The position numbers and the translations under genes were made by a program. Under the pieces are notes generated by a model, which was not told the DNA's origin, ran no database searches, and worked only from the letters and a program-made list of their open reading frames with translations. DNA of 64,000 nt from the human T2T-CHM13v2.0 reference genome, Homo sapiens: assembly GCF_009914755.1 (NCBI RefSeq), contig NC_060938.1. One strand, 5' to 3'. Of the stretch, positions 24,476-36,390 are shown one piece after another (positions within the stretch are counted from its first letter, which is position 1; each line of letters opens with the position of its first letter).

Positions 24476-25299
24476 GATTGGTGCTGGTCCAAGGGAGGAC
24501 ATGCCAGTGCAGCCCTTAAAAAGGGAGCTGGAGAAGAAAGGAGTTTGGGGCTGCATTTTCACATAAGGTGCCAGGGCCTGATGCTGAGCAAAACCTTTGT
24601 ATTGGGTGCCACCGACTGTCATCTCTTGTTTAGGTTTGACTGGGGAAATGTTTCCACAGACATGAACTAGTTTGTCAAGGCTGGCAAGGGATTTTCAAGG
24701 GTTTAGGGGTGCAGTCTAGGCTCAGAGCTCAGAGTGCAAGCCACAAAAGAGAGCCATCTTCCTGAGTCACCAAAACACTTGATTCGGGCCTCTGACCCTT
24801 AGCTGGCAGCCCCTTAGGATAGGATGGGCTGTGCCTGGGTCTGTCTTTGCTGCTAGGGGCTCTGAGAGAGGAAGCCCCATTTGTCACTTTCATTTCTATG
24901 TCCCCAGCCCCTTGCAGTATGCTTCATCCTAAGCAGGCATTCAAAGTGCTTGTTGAAGGAATAGATTTGTGTCCTAGTTACAGCCCTGACTTCCACTAGA
25001 TGCTCAAGGATTGCCCTGATTTTGCAAGGAAGAGCAACTACTCAGGGAAACTGAGGCACACTTGTAGGTTAGAGTCCCTCAGTCTGCAAGGAGACACACA
25101 CATCCTCAGCAGTGGGGAAGTGGTTTGGTTACTGAAGCTGTAAATAAGAATTTTGTCTTTATATTAATTCCTACTCTGATTCTAGGGAAGAACTCTCAGG
25201 CTGGAGTAAGGGGAGAACTGAGCTCAGACACTGCCTCTTAGTTGTGGGGGCTGCAAACTGCCCCTCCCTCATGATATCTTCTCAGCTGTTTGCAAAACA

Positions 25300-25420
25300 G
25301 TCAGGGAGGAGGTGAAGCCCTGAGCCAGGCGGCCTGTCTGTCTCTTTAAATGCTGGGGTCTGTGTGGGAGAGGGAGGGGCCGGCTCTGGAGTGCGTGAAA
25401 TTCCTGGGCTCCTCCAGCAG
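25300..25420 (+). promoter_or_regulatory. Putative core promoter of an unidentified plus-strand gene
   Basis: CpG retention begins here. Elements: TATA-like TTTAAA at 25345-25350, GGGAGGGG (SP/KLF/MAZ-type) at 25372-25379, and Inr-like CAGTCTC at 25418-25424. It lies just upstream of an exon-like segment ending in a strong donor. Confidence 0.55.
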
Positions 25421-25720
25421 TCTCAGGCTCAGCGCTCAGCCCTACACATCGCCTCTTGCATGCAACTCACAGAGAGGGAGAGGCAACCTGTCCTCCCCTC
25501 TCTCAGCCTCGGCATCTCCAGCCACCAAGGACCTGCTTTTCGCACCTCCAACAACCCCTCCCTTCTACCCTGCCACTCCCTCCCAGAGAGAAAGGAAAAG
25601 GAGAGAGAAAGATTCTGGAATTTGAACCTACCCAAAGAGGAAACATACCCAGCAAACTCAGTTGATTAAACATCAAACAGACATACAGACAGATCCCAAA
25701 TCTTCTGTTCAACTGGAAAG
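25419..25720 (+). other. Probable non-coding (5' UTR) first exon; TSS approximate
   Basis: Ends in the consensus donor GGAAAG|GTAAGG (intron starts at 25721). The composition is C/A-rich and 5'UTR-like, then switches abruptly to T/G-rich intron-like sequence. No ATG-initiated ORF crosses the donor. Confidence 0.6.
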
Positions 25721-26375
25721 GTAAGGTTTGCGGGGAAAGGAAGGCAGTCAGGGCATGAAACAACTCAAGGTTCTTGTCCGTTCTGGGAAGAGGTTGCTCC
25801 TGAGAGGGTAGAAGTTTTCAGTTGGGAGCAACCAACCTAGATTTTCTTTTTTGAATACTGTATCCATGAGCCTTGGCTGACTGTGGAAATGGCTTTTCAA
25901 CTGCCTTTCTTTTCCTTCAGTTTCTCCTGGAAGTTGGGTCCTTTTCCTCCAGATGTTGGAAAAGTCAGAGAATGTTTTAGATTTTTATCTTCTTCTTCTT
26001 TTTTTTTTTTTTTTTTTGAGTCTTTCTCCTATTTGCTTGAATTGTTAGTCTGAAATGATGTGTGCTCATCACTTCATTTTGGGCAGATACTTTTTTTTTG
26101 ACATTTTGTAGTCACTTCCCCCCTCATTTATTCATTTATTTATTTGGGCTGGTTAAAATGAGAAACAGAAAGGACACTCTGAGGATCACAAGAAAACAAA
26201 ATTGAATTGAGACAGGGATTTCCCTAGCTGTTGAGGAATTGACGTGTATGTGAGTGTGTGTGTGCTTTTTTTTTTTTTTTTTGAGGGGGTGTGAGGAGGT
26301 GGTCCTAGAGTCTAAAAATTCAGGTTGGACTCCTGTCTTGTGAAGGTGGGCATACTTGGAGAAGGTGAAAAGGGA

Positions 26376-26410
26376 GTGTGTGTGTGAGTGTGTGTGTGTG
26401 TGTGTGCGCG
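26376..26410. repeat. Imperfect (GT)n/(GC) alternating purine-pyrimidine tract
   Basis: gtgtgtgtgtgagtgtgtgtgtgtgtgtgtgcgcg. Confidence 0.9.
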
Positions 26411-29400
26411 GGTGTGTGCTCCTGTTTGGATCGGTTACAAGGGAATCTTCCTCCACTGCCTTCCATTTGTTTATATTAATGATTTAGTAGCAGGCTTGCC
26501 TGAAAACTTCCACTCTGTGTAAGCACTGTGGGTTTTGCAAGCTCTCAGTGACCTTAAAGCCTGGTTCGATGTATTGTTTTTTCCAGGCATTGTGCTGTAC
26601 CCAGAGTTTCAGCTCTTTCCCTCTCTCTTTTTTAACCACAAAACTTAACTGCTTTAGAAACATCATCCTGATGACAAGGAAAAAAATGTGTCCCCCCACC
26701 CCCCATCCCTTCTTAGGCCAGTGATGTAATACCAACCTAAGGGCTCGGCTGCTTTGCAGGTGACTTACCCTGTGATTACTTGTTAAAAAAAAATAAAATT
26801 TTCCCTTCCTCCATTAAATGTCTGCCTCTTTTAATTTGGATGTAGAAATATCATCATGCAATGAGAACATCATATTTTTGCTAACCATTATTGGGGTTTA
26901 GGTAAAGTAGGATTGCTCTTCTCTGATCTTTATTGTTAATACTTTTTTTTTTAATGCAAAGGTCAGAGATCATTGAGAGCTAGCTTAGGATGGAGCAAGA
27001 TAGAGTCAGGGCAAATAAAAGAGCTGGTAGGACAAGAGCTGTCTTCTCCCCGCTTCCTTCGGTTCCCGCTTTGGGGAGATAGTTTTTCTTTTACCACTAC
27101 AAGCCACCCCAACATTCTTCTTTCTTCCTCTCCGCTGGGTCCTGTGGATGGCCCTGGGAGGGAGAGGGGGCACTCCTTGTCACACCTGGAGGATGGTGTA
27201 ATTTTGGGGGTCAGATGACCGTTTGCCTTTGTGATGAAGGTTCCAGTGGAAATTTGAACTCCCAGCACGCTGCGTGACTTGGTACCCAGGATAGTCTATC
27301 TGGGGGCACCTGGAGGTTAGTCTGGGGAGGCTGGAGAACTGGCTCTTTATTAATTTGCCGTTCTGGGTAGAGCCTTCCTTCATCGTTCAAGGGCTTCTGC
27401 ATCGCCTTTCAAGTTAAAATGGTCCCGCTGGTTATGATGGGCAAGTTTACCTAAGGGCTACTGGGTATGTGGCGGAAGGATGGAGGGGAGTGAGAGGAGG
27501 CAAGGCTGGTATTTATTTTTTAATCTTCGGGCTTAATCTGCCTAAGTCATATGGGGCAAACGATATTTCAGACGGGTGCTGGTTGTGCAGATATTCCTAT
27601 TGTTTGATTTTTTGTTGTTGTTGGGGAGTGGAGTAAGGGCTCTTGGCCCATTTTCTGCAGCCTGAGGTTCATCCTGCGAGTCAGTCTTCCTTCTGGAAGG
27701 GGGGGAAAAGGCTGGACACTGGAAGTTCGCTATTAAAGTGAGCAACAGGGCTGGGTTTATTTTTTAAAAACAACCGGACTGTGCGAATGCCCTTTTCTGG
27801 AGCTTTCTGGCCCTTTCTAGTGAAATAATAATTTAAAAAAAATTGCTTCTTGAGAAGAGGAGGGGGCAGAAATTAAAGGGATTCTAGATTTTGAGAGACA
27901 GCTACGTCTTTGCTTCTCTGGTAGTTCCCTATTATTAATTATTGGGGTTTTGACGGCGTTCTGGCCTCCGTTTTTGTTGATTTCATTTTAGTGCTGCGTT
28001 TCTCCTGACTATGTTGATGATTTGCTGCTTATATAAGGGAAAGGATGTATTGAGGTGGACTGATGCTTGGGGTTTTGAGATCGGCTACTGAGATTGGGTG
28101 GCGGTTGGTGTGTTTGTCGATGTGCATGGTAGGAAGGTCTTTTCTTTTGGGTGGTAGGGGATGAGAGAATGGTGGGAGAACGGTAGATGAGATGCTACAG
28201 CAAACGGGGATGTGGGGGGAGACGGAGGTGAGGTTGGAAGTCACCGGTTTGCAGAATTTCTATTCTGCACCCCCCTTTCTCTCGCTCCTGGAAAAAAAAT
28301 CCATTATCTATAAAAACACATTATTCTTCAATTGGCCTTTTAGAGAAAAAAAAGAGAGAGGGAAGGGAGGGGTTAATTTGGTGAGGGGGCTTGGTCGTAA
28401 TTAGCCCACTGCTGCAAAAGTGAGATACAGAAATCCATCGGCACCAGCTTTGGGGGCATGGAGAGGCAGCGGAGAGATGGGGGACGGGTTGTCAGTCTTG
28501 GATGAACAGTGGAGCGGTCGGGTTGGCGTCTGGGCATTGTGTGTGCTTGTGTCTCTGTGTGTGTGTGAAATTTTTTCATCCCACCACCAATCTCCCCCTC
28601 CATCCTCCCCCAATTCTGCCATGATCTTGCCTTCTATTTCCACACACTGCTCCCCCCACCCTAGGCGCACCCCCCCTTCCTCCAGCCCTTTCCATCTTCA
28701 TGAAAAAAATTCTGATTTTGATGGCTCTGCGGCTCTTTTTTCCCTTTTTCCTTGCTTTTTTTTTTTTTTTTTTTTGCAACACAACAGTCGTGCGATGGCC
28801 TTTCCTACATGCCACAGGGATGCAGCCTTCTGATAGGAGGGCAAAGTCGGCACATCCACACACACACTGGCATACGCTCTTGCACACACAGTCTCTGTCA
28901 CATACACAGGCGCCAAGGGCTTCATTTTGCTTGGTTTCATTCCCCTTAACCTCTTTCCCCACTCTACCTCCACCATGGCTCCTTCCCCCCATCTTTGCAT
29001 GGGGACTGCGGTCACGTTAGAGCCTCTTTTCCTCTCCGCAACCGCGGTCTTCTTTCTTCTCGCCATTATTCTTTCCCTAAAGCTGTCGTGTGTCGCAGTT
29101 CATGGGATTAGCATGTTGGAGAGTCTTTGTGGGAGGGGACCTCACAAGCAGGGGATTGGAATGGGGGTAGATAACATTAATAATTTTTTTTGACCAAATA
29201 AGCACCCAGTGATAATGATCCAATTTAACCATCCATGAAATATATGTTTGCGGTACATTGGAGGAAGGTTATGTGGGGGAGGCAGAGTCTGACGGGGTTA
29301 CCTCCGGGGAGATTTGATGCCTGGACAGTAGAGCCACAGCCCCCTCCCCCATACACATGTGTACACTCTCTCACACACACCAACACGCACAGCTCTGATC

Positions 29401-30548
29401 AGTGGGCTGTGTCGAACCAGAGGGCACTGCAGAATATCCCAGAGAGTTGTGATGGTTAGTTGGGAGGATGGAACAATGTCTTTGTCCGACCCAGTTCTCC
29501 TCTCTACAGATGATTCTGGGTCTTGAAATTCTTGGTGGCCTTTGTGTTGGTTTACGGGTGGGGACTGGAAGGGTGTTTGTGTTTTGTCAAGCACCAGCGT
29601 GCCTCCAATTGGACAACATAGGATTGTCAACACTGTGCGTGTGGTTCAAGCAGGAGGCTGCCTGCCTCTTTGTGTGGTGTGGCTGTGTTTGTTGGATATG
29701 TGCGTATCCAGCCTCATACGGTGGCTCTGGACAGGTGTGGTAGTGACGGGGAAGGAAGGCAAGAAGCAGGGATGGTCAGTGGGGAAGAGTCCTCAAGGTA
29801 GTTGAGAGGAGGGTAGAGGGGAAGAAACTGCTCCTGCCTCCAGCAGGAAGCCTCAAATGAGATCCCCACGTCCACCAAGCGAACCCGTGGGTGGGTGGCT
29901 CATGGATGACTGGTGGGCGGATACAGATTGAAGGGGGAGAAGGGGATGAGGTGGGTGAAATTGAGGGTTTTCCCTGCTGCCTTGACAGAGCCTGGGGCTG
30001 AGCTCGGGAGGGTGGTCTTGCTCCCCTGGCATCAGCCACCTCTTGGGCGGCTCGGCCTTGTTGGAGGCTGCAGCCTGAAGGAGCTGAAATCACCCTCGGC
30101 CGTGAGAGCAGCCCAGCCCCTGTTTTCTCCTGGGCTCTGGCTGCCTTAACTACCGGACGCCATTTTCCCATCTTCAGCTGAAGGTGTGTCTCTCTTTATT
30201 AGTAATTATAAGTGAAATTGGAAAACATTTTGCCTAAAAGAAAAAAATCACAAAATCCTCAGAGCAAAATGCTGATGGTCTTACCTTTCTAGCATCCCTC
30301 TCCCTTCTTGGGGCTGACCCTGAGGAGTTAGGGAGACAGGGTTACGTCATTGCCAGAGAAAGGGGATAAATGGGGAGTAGGATGCCTTGGGGGTAAATTA
30401 TTGTGCCCAATGCAGAGAAGAGATTGTTCTTGGTATCCCCCGGCCGTGTTCTCCTTACATGACCCCTCAGGTGTGGATAGGAGACTTGCAAAAGAAGAAG
30501 CATTCCTTCTAAAACCTCACTGCCTAGAAATGTGCTGGCCCGTGGTCG

Positions 30549-30620
30549 GCTGTGGTCTGGGACCTGCTGTGGTCCGGTTCCTGCTGTGGTCCGGTTCCTG
30601 CTGTGGTCCGGGACCTGCTG
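30549..30620. repeat. Minisatellite, 17-bp unit x4
   Basis: gctgtggtc(c/t)gg(tt/ga)cct units start at 30549, 30566, 30583 and 30600. Confidence 0.95.
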
Positions 30621-30718
30621 GGGGAAGAACTGTTGCGCTGCAGCTCTGAGCCTTGAGGGCCAGCTCTGTTGCTCTGAGGATGAAGCAAGTGCGGTGCTGT
30701 GGCTGGGCCAGCCACAGG

Positions 30719-30767
30719 TGGCCATGCTGGGCTCGGGGCAGGTTGGCCATGCTGAGCTCGGGGCAGG
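30719..30767. repeat. Tandem duplication, 25-bp period
   Basis: tggccatgctg(g/a)gctcggggcagg at 30719-30742 and 30744-30767. Confidence 0.9.
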
Positions 30768-30809
30768 GACTATGGATGGGGCCCACTCCCAGCCCTTTCC
30801 TGCAGGTTG

Positions 30810-31110
30810 TTCCTCAAATTATACTCCTCAGAGAGACCTTTCCTGACCAGCTTTCTAAAATAGTCCCCTTACCCCAACCTCCTGGCTGCTTTCCAGCCCA
30901 TGACACTGTCTTTAATTTTAATCGGTGAATCATTATTTAATATTATATTATACGATGATATATTGAAACATTTAAGATGGATCTCGTCTCTTTACCCCTC
31001 TAGAATGCAAGCTCTGAGAGGTCAAGGACTTTGTGTTCATTGTGGTGTTCCTAGTGCGTAGGACATTTCCTGACACGTAGTAGGTGCTCAACAAATGTTT
31101 GTCGATTGGA
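30810..31110 (+). mobile_element. L2 3' region
   Basis: ctcctcagagagacctttcctgacc...ctagaatgcaagctctgagagg...cctgacacgtagtaggtgctcaacaaatgtttg. Confidence 0.8.
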
Positions 31111-31329
31111 GGAAAGAACCACATGGGTTTAGTGTTGGAGTTTTCTTCTCTAGCACTTGTGGCCTGTCTTCTGGGAAGGGTGGACTTTGCCTCTGGTTGT
31201 CTTAGCCCTGCCTGAATGTCTAGATCTGCTGGAGGAATTGCAACATGCTCAACTTCAGTAGTTTAGTAGAAAGGGCTTCTCTATCCCTGGCTCAGATGAC
31301 TCTGCCTCCTTTGAGATCCCTCTAATATT

Positions 31330-31795
31330 AGTAATCACCATTCTCATCATCATCATAGTAGTGGTAGTAATAGTCGTGATATAGCTATCATTTCTGCAGT
31401 AGTTACTATTTACAAAGTTCTCTTCCAAGTTTTTTTTTTTTTTTTTTTAACACTCGGTATCTCATTTAATTCTCCAAACAACTCAATGCAGTATACTATT
31501 ATTACCTGAGGAGACTGAGACTTAAAGTTACCTAATAAAATGACAGATCGAGGATTTGAATTCAGATCTGTCTCATGCCAGAGCCCAAGCATGGGACCCT
31601 TATGTTATAGTGTTAGAGGAAAAAGGGAGATGAATCATCTGTCATCTTATTCAGTGCCCTCAAGTACAAATGACAAGATGGAGGCCCAGAGAGACTACAT
31701 GGCTTTTCCAAAGTTATGCACCACGTTTGATGCAGAGACAAAACTAGAATCAAGGTTTCCTGGCTGCCAGGGTAGGGCTCTTTCTACTCCATCAT
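31330..31795 (-). mobile_element. Two adjacent MIR fragments
   Basis: ctcatttaattctcc...gaggagactgagact...ggatttgaattcagatctgtc; and acaaatgacaagatggaggcccagagag...ctagaatcaaggtttcctggctgccag. Confidence 0.7.
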
Positions 31796-32547
31796 GCTGC
31801 CTGGTGGGCTGTGGGCCCTTTTCCAAGGGTATTGCAGCTGCTGCTGTGGGGGCTGCCTGGGGTGCCTTCTTAGTTCTCTTTCTTCAGAGGGGAGTGAGGT
31901 CTTGGTGGGGCAGGTGGGTGGTAGGTGTGTCTCTAAGGAAGGCACACTTGCAGAGCTAGAGGTCAGGGTTTCATGGCTCGAAGAAGACTGGTGGGCTATA
32001 TTCCAGCTGAGTGGTGGTTAAGGTTGTCTTCTGACCTTCCTGGGGGAGGAGAAACTGGAATGGAGGAGGACCCCCATTCCAGTGGGGTGCTCAAGGTTCT
32101 CAATCCCATATAGCCCTGCCCGTCAAGGGTACTTTCAGGTCCAGCAGAGGCTCCATTCAGAGAGCCAAGCAGCTGGTATCTGGATGCTGACGACTCTGGG
32201 AGCCTGTCACTTCTCCTAGACTGGCCTAGCCTTCTTTCTCACGAAGGGAAGCATGAATCCAGACATTGGCCCCAGTGTGCTTCATTTGTGTTTCCAGAGG
32301 CTGGTTGGGGGGCATGATGTCATACAATATGGGTGAAGGCCTTCTACCAGTGTCTCTGTTCCACTCTAGGGTTGGTCTTGACCTTGAATGGGAGAAGGAT
32401 TAGACATTCTAGACAAGTATGAATGTGTGTTTTTTTTTTCAGGGGTGGGGTGGGGCCAGAGAAAATTGGATTCTGAGAAGCAAGGAAGTCTTACCTTTAG
32501 CCAAGACCTTGAAGCAGAGCATGAATGCATTTCTGCATGACCTTGAG

Positions 32548-32664
32548 ATGGTGTAGCCAGACGCCCTGGTGTGGGGAGACAGTGTCTGTTTAGGCCTTTG
32601 TCCTAGTGTAATTAGTAACTCTCAAAAGTGTCCCGGTTTGGATGATAAAATATATGGCCATCCT
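32548..32664 (-). mobile_element. MER94 (hAT-Blackjack) MITE
   Basis: actctcaaaagtgtcccggtttggatgataaaatatatggccatcct is the reverse complement of the MER94 end as remembered. Confidence 0.75.
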
Positions 32665-32883
32665 TCTTTAAGACGACATCACACACTTTCTCTTAAAGGA
32701 ATAGAGAGAGGAAGGGGGCATACTAGAGAGAGAAATCCAATTTTAGGGCAGGAAGGTGACTGAGAGTACAGCCTTTCCCCAGCTCTACTTTCACTTACCC
32801 CCACTTTCTGAAGGATAAAAACCTGGATCTTCTGAGTATTCCTACTACCAACATGACTACTACTTCTCTCTCAACTACTCTTA

Positions 32884-32972
32884 CTCCCATCCAAGAACTA
32901 ACCAGGCCAGACCCTGCTTAGCTTCCGAGATCAGATGAGATCGGGCATGTTCAGGGTGGTATGGCTGTAAAC
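32884..32972 (-). pseudogene. 5S rRNA retropseudogene, nt 1-89 only (3'-truncated, no poly-A tail)
   Basis: The reverse complement aligns ungapped to human 5S nt 1-89 with 7 mismatches, 4 of them CpG transitions. It is flanked by caactact(c/t)tta at 32872-32883 and 32974-32985. Confidence 0.95.
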
Positions 32973-32999
32973 CCAACTACTTTTACTAAAGCTTCGATT

Positions 33000-33260
33000 G
33001 GCCAATATTTGAGACCTGACTATGGGCCAGATACTATGCTAAGCACTTGACATGCATTATCTCACATAATCCTCCAACAATCCTGTGAGGTGGGTACTGT
33101 TATCATCTCTGTCTTACAAATGAAGTAACTGAAGCCTAAGGAGGTTAAGTAACATGTCCAAGGCCACTCAGGTAGGAAGTGATGACATCATGATTCAAAC
33201 CCAAAGGGCCTGGCTCTGCTCTGAAGCCTCTGGTCTTAACCACTGTTTCGTACCACCTCC
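33000..33260 (-). mobile_element. MIR SINE, near full length
   Basis: gctaagcacttgacatgcattatctcacataatcctccaacaatcctgtgaggtggg...gaggttaagtaacatgtccaaggccac. Confidence 0.85.
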
Positions 33261-34810
33261 ATGGGCCTGTCCTCTGGTTCCGCAAGTCTGGAAACTTGAT
33301 TCTAAGAGCTGGCCCATTTGCCAGGCAGTCAGCTGACTCACAGCTCTGGGACTTGCTGAAGGTGCTGCTGTCAGTTAGAGGCATTTCAGGCTTAGGAGGA
33401 GGGGGCTGCTGGTTGTAGCACTGCTGCTTAGGAGTAATGCTGCTGGTTGTCTTTTGCATGGCACTAAGGAAACTCTGTTTCCCAAGGTGTCCCCGTTACC
33501 TTCTTCCTTGCTTCATGCACCTTGTCTGAGGAGGGAGTTGAGGTGATTTGGGGTGGTGATAGGTGGGCAGAAGGTAGAGAACCTGAAGCCTATTTGTCTC
33601 TGCTTTGCTGTGTCGCCCTAAACCTGCATGGGACAGCCACACTCCCCATGGCCCTTGCAGCAGGGACTGGCCCTCAGCGTGAGATTTCAGTGAAAGGACA
33701 ATTATCCAGCACCTGCTTTGAGCAGGGCATCATGCTCTGCTATTTTTCACTTAGGTGGGTAGTGTCCTCATTTATCTGTTGAGGAAACTGGTGATCAGAG
33801 GGGTTAAATCGCTTTTTTAGGATTACACAGTGAGATCCTGGGTCCACACTTGGGTCTGAATCCAGGGACTCTGCACCACCCTCCATCCTGAATCATGGAG
33901 AAGAGGAGCTGGGAATTGGATCATCTAAAACTGGGGGTAAAAGAGGAAATACTCTAGACAGAGGTCTTCCAATCAGCTCCTGAGGTCTGGATAGGAACTC
34001 TGGGGATCATCATCCTTATCAGCCACCTCTAGGCCTGCCTCTACCCCACACCCACAGGGGAAGACACCTGCTGACCCCTGAGCTGGAGGGGTGCTGGTTC
34101 TGGCCTGGAGAGAAGGAGGAGATGGGATCATGCACAGCCTCACTGGTGGAGGCGGGATGTTCAGAAGGAGTTACCTCCTTCCCCCGTGGAGCAGGAACAT
34201 GTGCACTGACAACATCCCCCTACATCTGTGTCACAGGATAAAGGGTGGGAAGGGATGCCAGGTCTGCTGCCTAGATACAGGCAGGGAGGATGCACAGAGG
34301 GAATGAGCGGGATCCCCCAGGCTGGAGGACTCCAGGGAGGAAGAAGGAACTTTTTCTTGGTGGAGAGGCAGGGAATAGGAGAAGAACAGTTTTCTGACTG
34401 AGAGGATGGTCTGCAGCCCCTAGGCTGAGCTGCATCAGCTTCATTGCAGTCCCATTGAAGACTGTGTTTATTTTTTCCAATAATGTGTTAATTAAACATC
34501 GATTTCTGGGTGGAGGAAAGGGAATTGGATTGCCAGAGCTAAATGGAGTGTGGCAAATGGGGAGCGGTTGAGAGGGGCCCCAAGCTGGAGTCAGCATTCT
34601 CCAGTGGCACCCCAGGAGGGTCGGAAGGGAACTAGGGCTGCCTCTTCCCCTGGCTCCAAATTTGGAATTGTCAACTCTCCCAGAGCCTTCAGGAGGCACC
34701 TTTCCTACTTCTTGGGTGCCAGGGCAGGTGGAGAGGGCTCTTTGCTGAACCCCAGTTCAAGGAGGGAGGAACAATTATTCTCCACCTTCCTCAGCATCTT
34801 TGGTTTATAG

Positions 34811-35198
<388 letters not shown>

Positions 35199-35935
35199 TG
35201 GTTTTTAAAATAAACATGGGGGAGGGCGCTTTTATATTCCTACTTTGGAGATGTGGAAACTAAGGCTTAGAGAAGTAACAAGTTCAAGGTCAAAGAGTTG
35301 GCAAGGTTTCACAAGAAAAGGAGTCCTAGCGGAGTTGAAAATATCTGAGGTTGGAAGAACAGCCACCTAGAGTCCCAAGCCCCTTTAAAGGGAAAAAAAG
35401 AAAAAAAATGAAGCATCCAGTAGTAACAAAAAGAACCATTTGATATTTTCTCATTGGCTAAGATTGGCTGAGCTGCCGCTGCATTAAGTTAAGTGCTTTG
35501 CATATGAAGTTGGGAGGATTCAGTGAATAAGTGTTAGGCAATCATTCTCGTTGTACAGGTGAGGAAAGTGGAGCTTGGGGAGGTTAACTATCTTGCCTGT
35601 GGCCGCAGAGTTGGTAAATGGTGGAGCTGGAATAAATTTCTGTAAAAAGGATGTTGAGACCTCTACAGCTGTGTTCTATTGTCCCATATACACTGAGGAC
35701 ATAGACACTGGCTCAGGAAGTCTCCCATGACTTTTAGGAAATAAAGATGTGGAGGTCTCAGGATGGACCCTCTGGCTAGATCCTGGGCCCCATAAATCCC
35801 AGGGTCTTGCAGTGTGGACTCTATCATCCCTTCCTTTCTCAGCCCAGGGCAACTCAGGCCCAGCCTCTGGTGGAGAAAAGCCTGTTTTGGGGTGTTTGTG
35901 GTGGTTGGAGCTGGGTGATGAGTATAAGTTCAAGC

Positions 35936-36390
35936 TGTAGTTCTCAAACTTGCTGCATATTGAAATCACCATATTAAAATTCCAAACCCATGCTGCACCT
36001 CACACCAACTAAATTAGACTCTTTAGGGACAAGAGCCTGTCCTCGGTGTATTTTAAAGCTTCCAGGTGATCCCACCAGGCTTGCTAACTGATAGTTTGGA
36101 ACAGCCTCTCCTGCAAAGCAGGTGTTGGGAGGCTGGCATCTCTTCCAGAGTTAGGTAAGTGTGGAGGTAATTGGTCACACACATGTAATATCCAGTGGGG
36201 CAATGTTTATAGTGTATTGATCAGTTTTTTTCTCATTAGAATAACAGCTTTCAGACTTCGATATGCCCGAAATGCCTAGGGAGTTTTTACAAAACGGGTG
36301 TCTGCAGGCCCCACCTATAGACCTAACTTAAAAGTTCTGAGGTGGGGCCCAGGAATCTGCATGATAAGCAAGCATCTTCTGTGGCCAGGT
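35936..36390. mobile_element. Two MER5A-type hAT MITE remnants (~35936-36110 and ~36245-36390)
   Basis: gttctcaaacttgctgcatattgaaatcacc...ccaggtgat; and gaggtggggcccaggaatctgcat. Confidence 0.65.

Larger units (their letters stand above)
25030..30800. promoter_or_regulatory. Transposon-free, CpG-retaining promoter/first-intron domain
   Basis: No recognisable SINE or LINE over about 5.8 kb in an otherwise TE-dense window. CpGs are frequent even in AT-rich context. It contains long T runs plus (GT)n and purine/pyrimidine tracts. Confidence 0.6.

Noticed and set aside
25419-25720. Naming the host gene
   Set aside because: The architecture suggests a large neuronal gene, but I do not recognise the exon sequence. 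A BLAT search is required.
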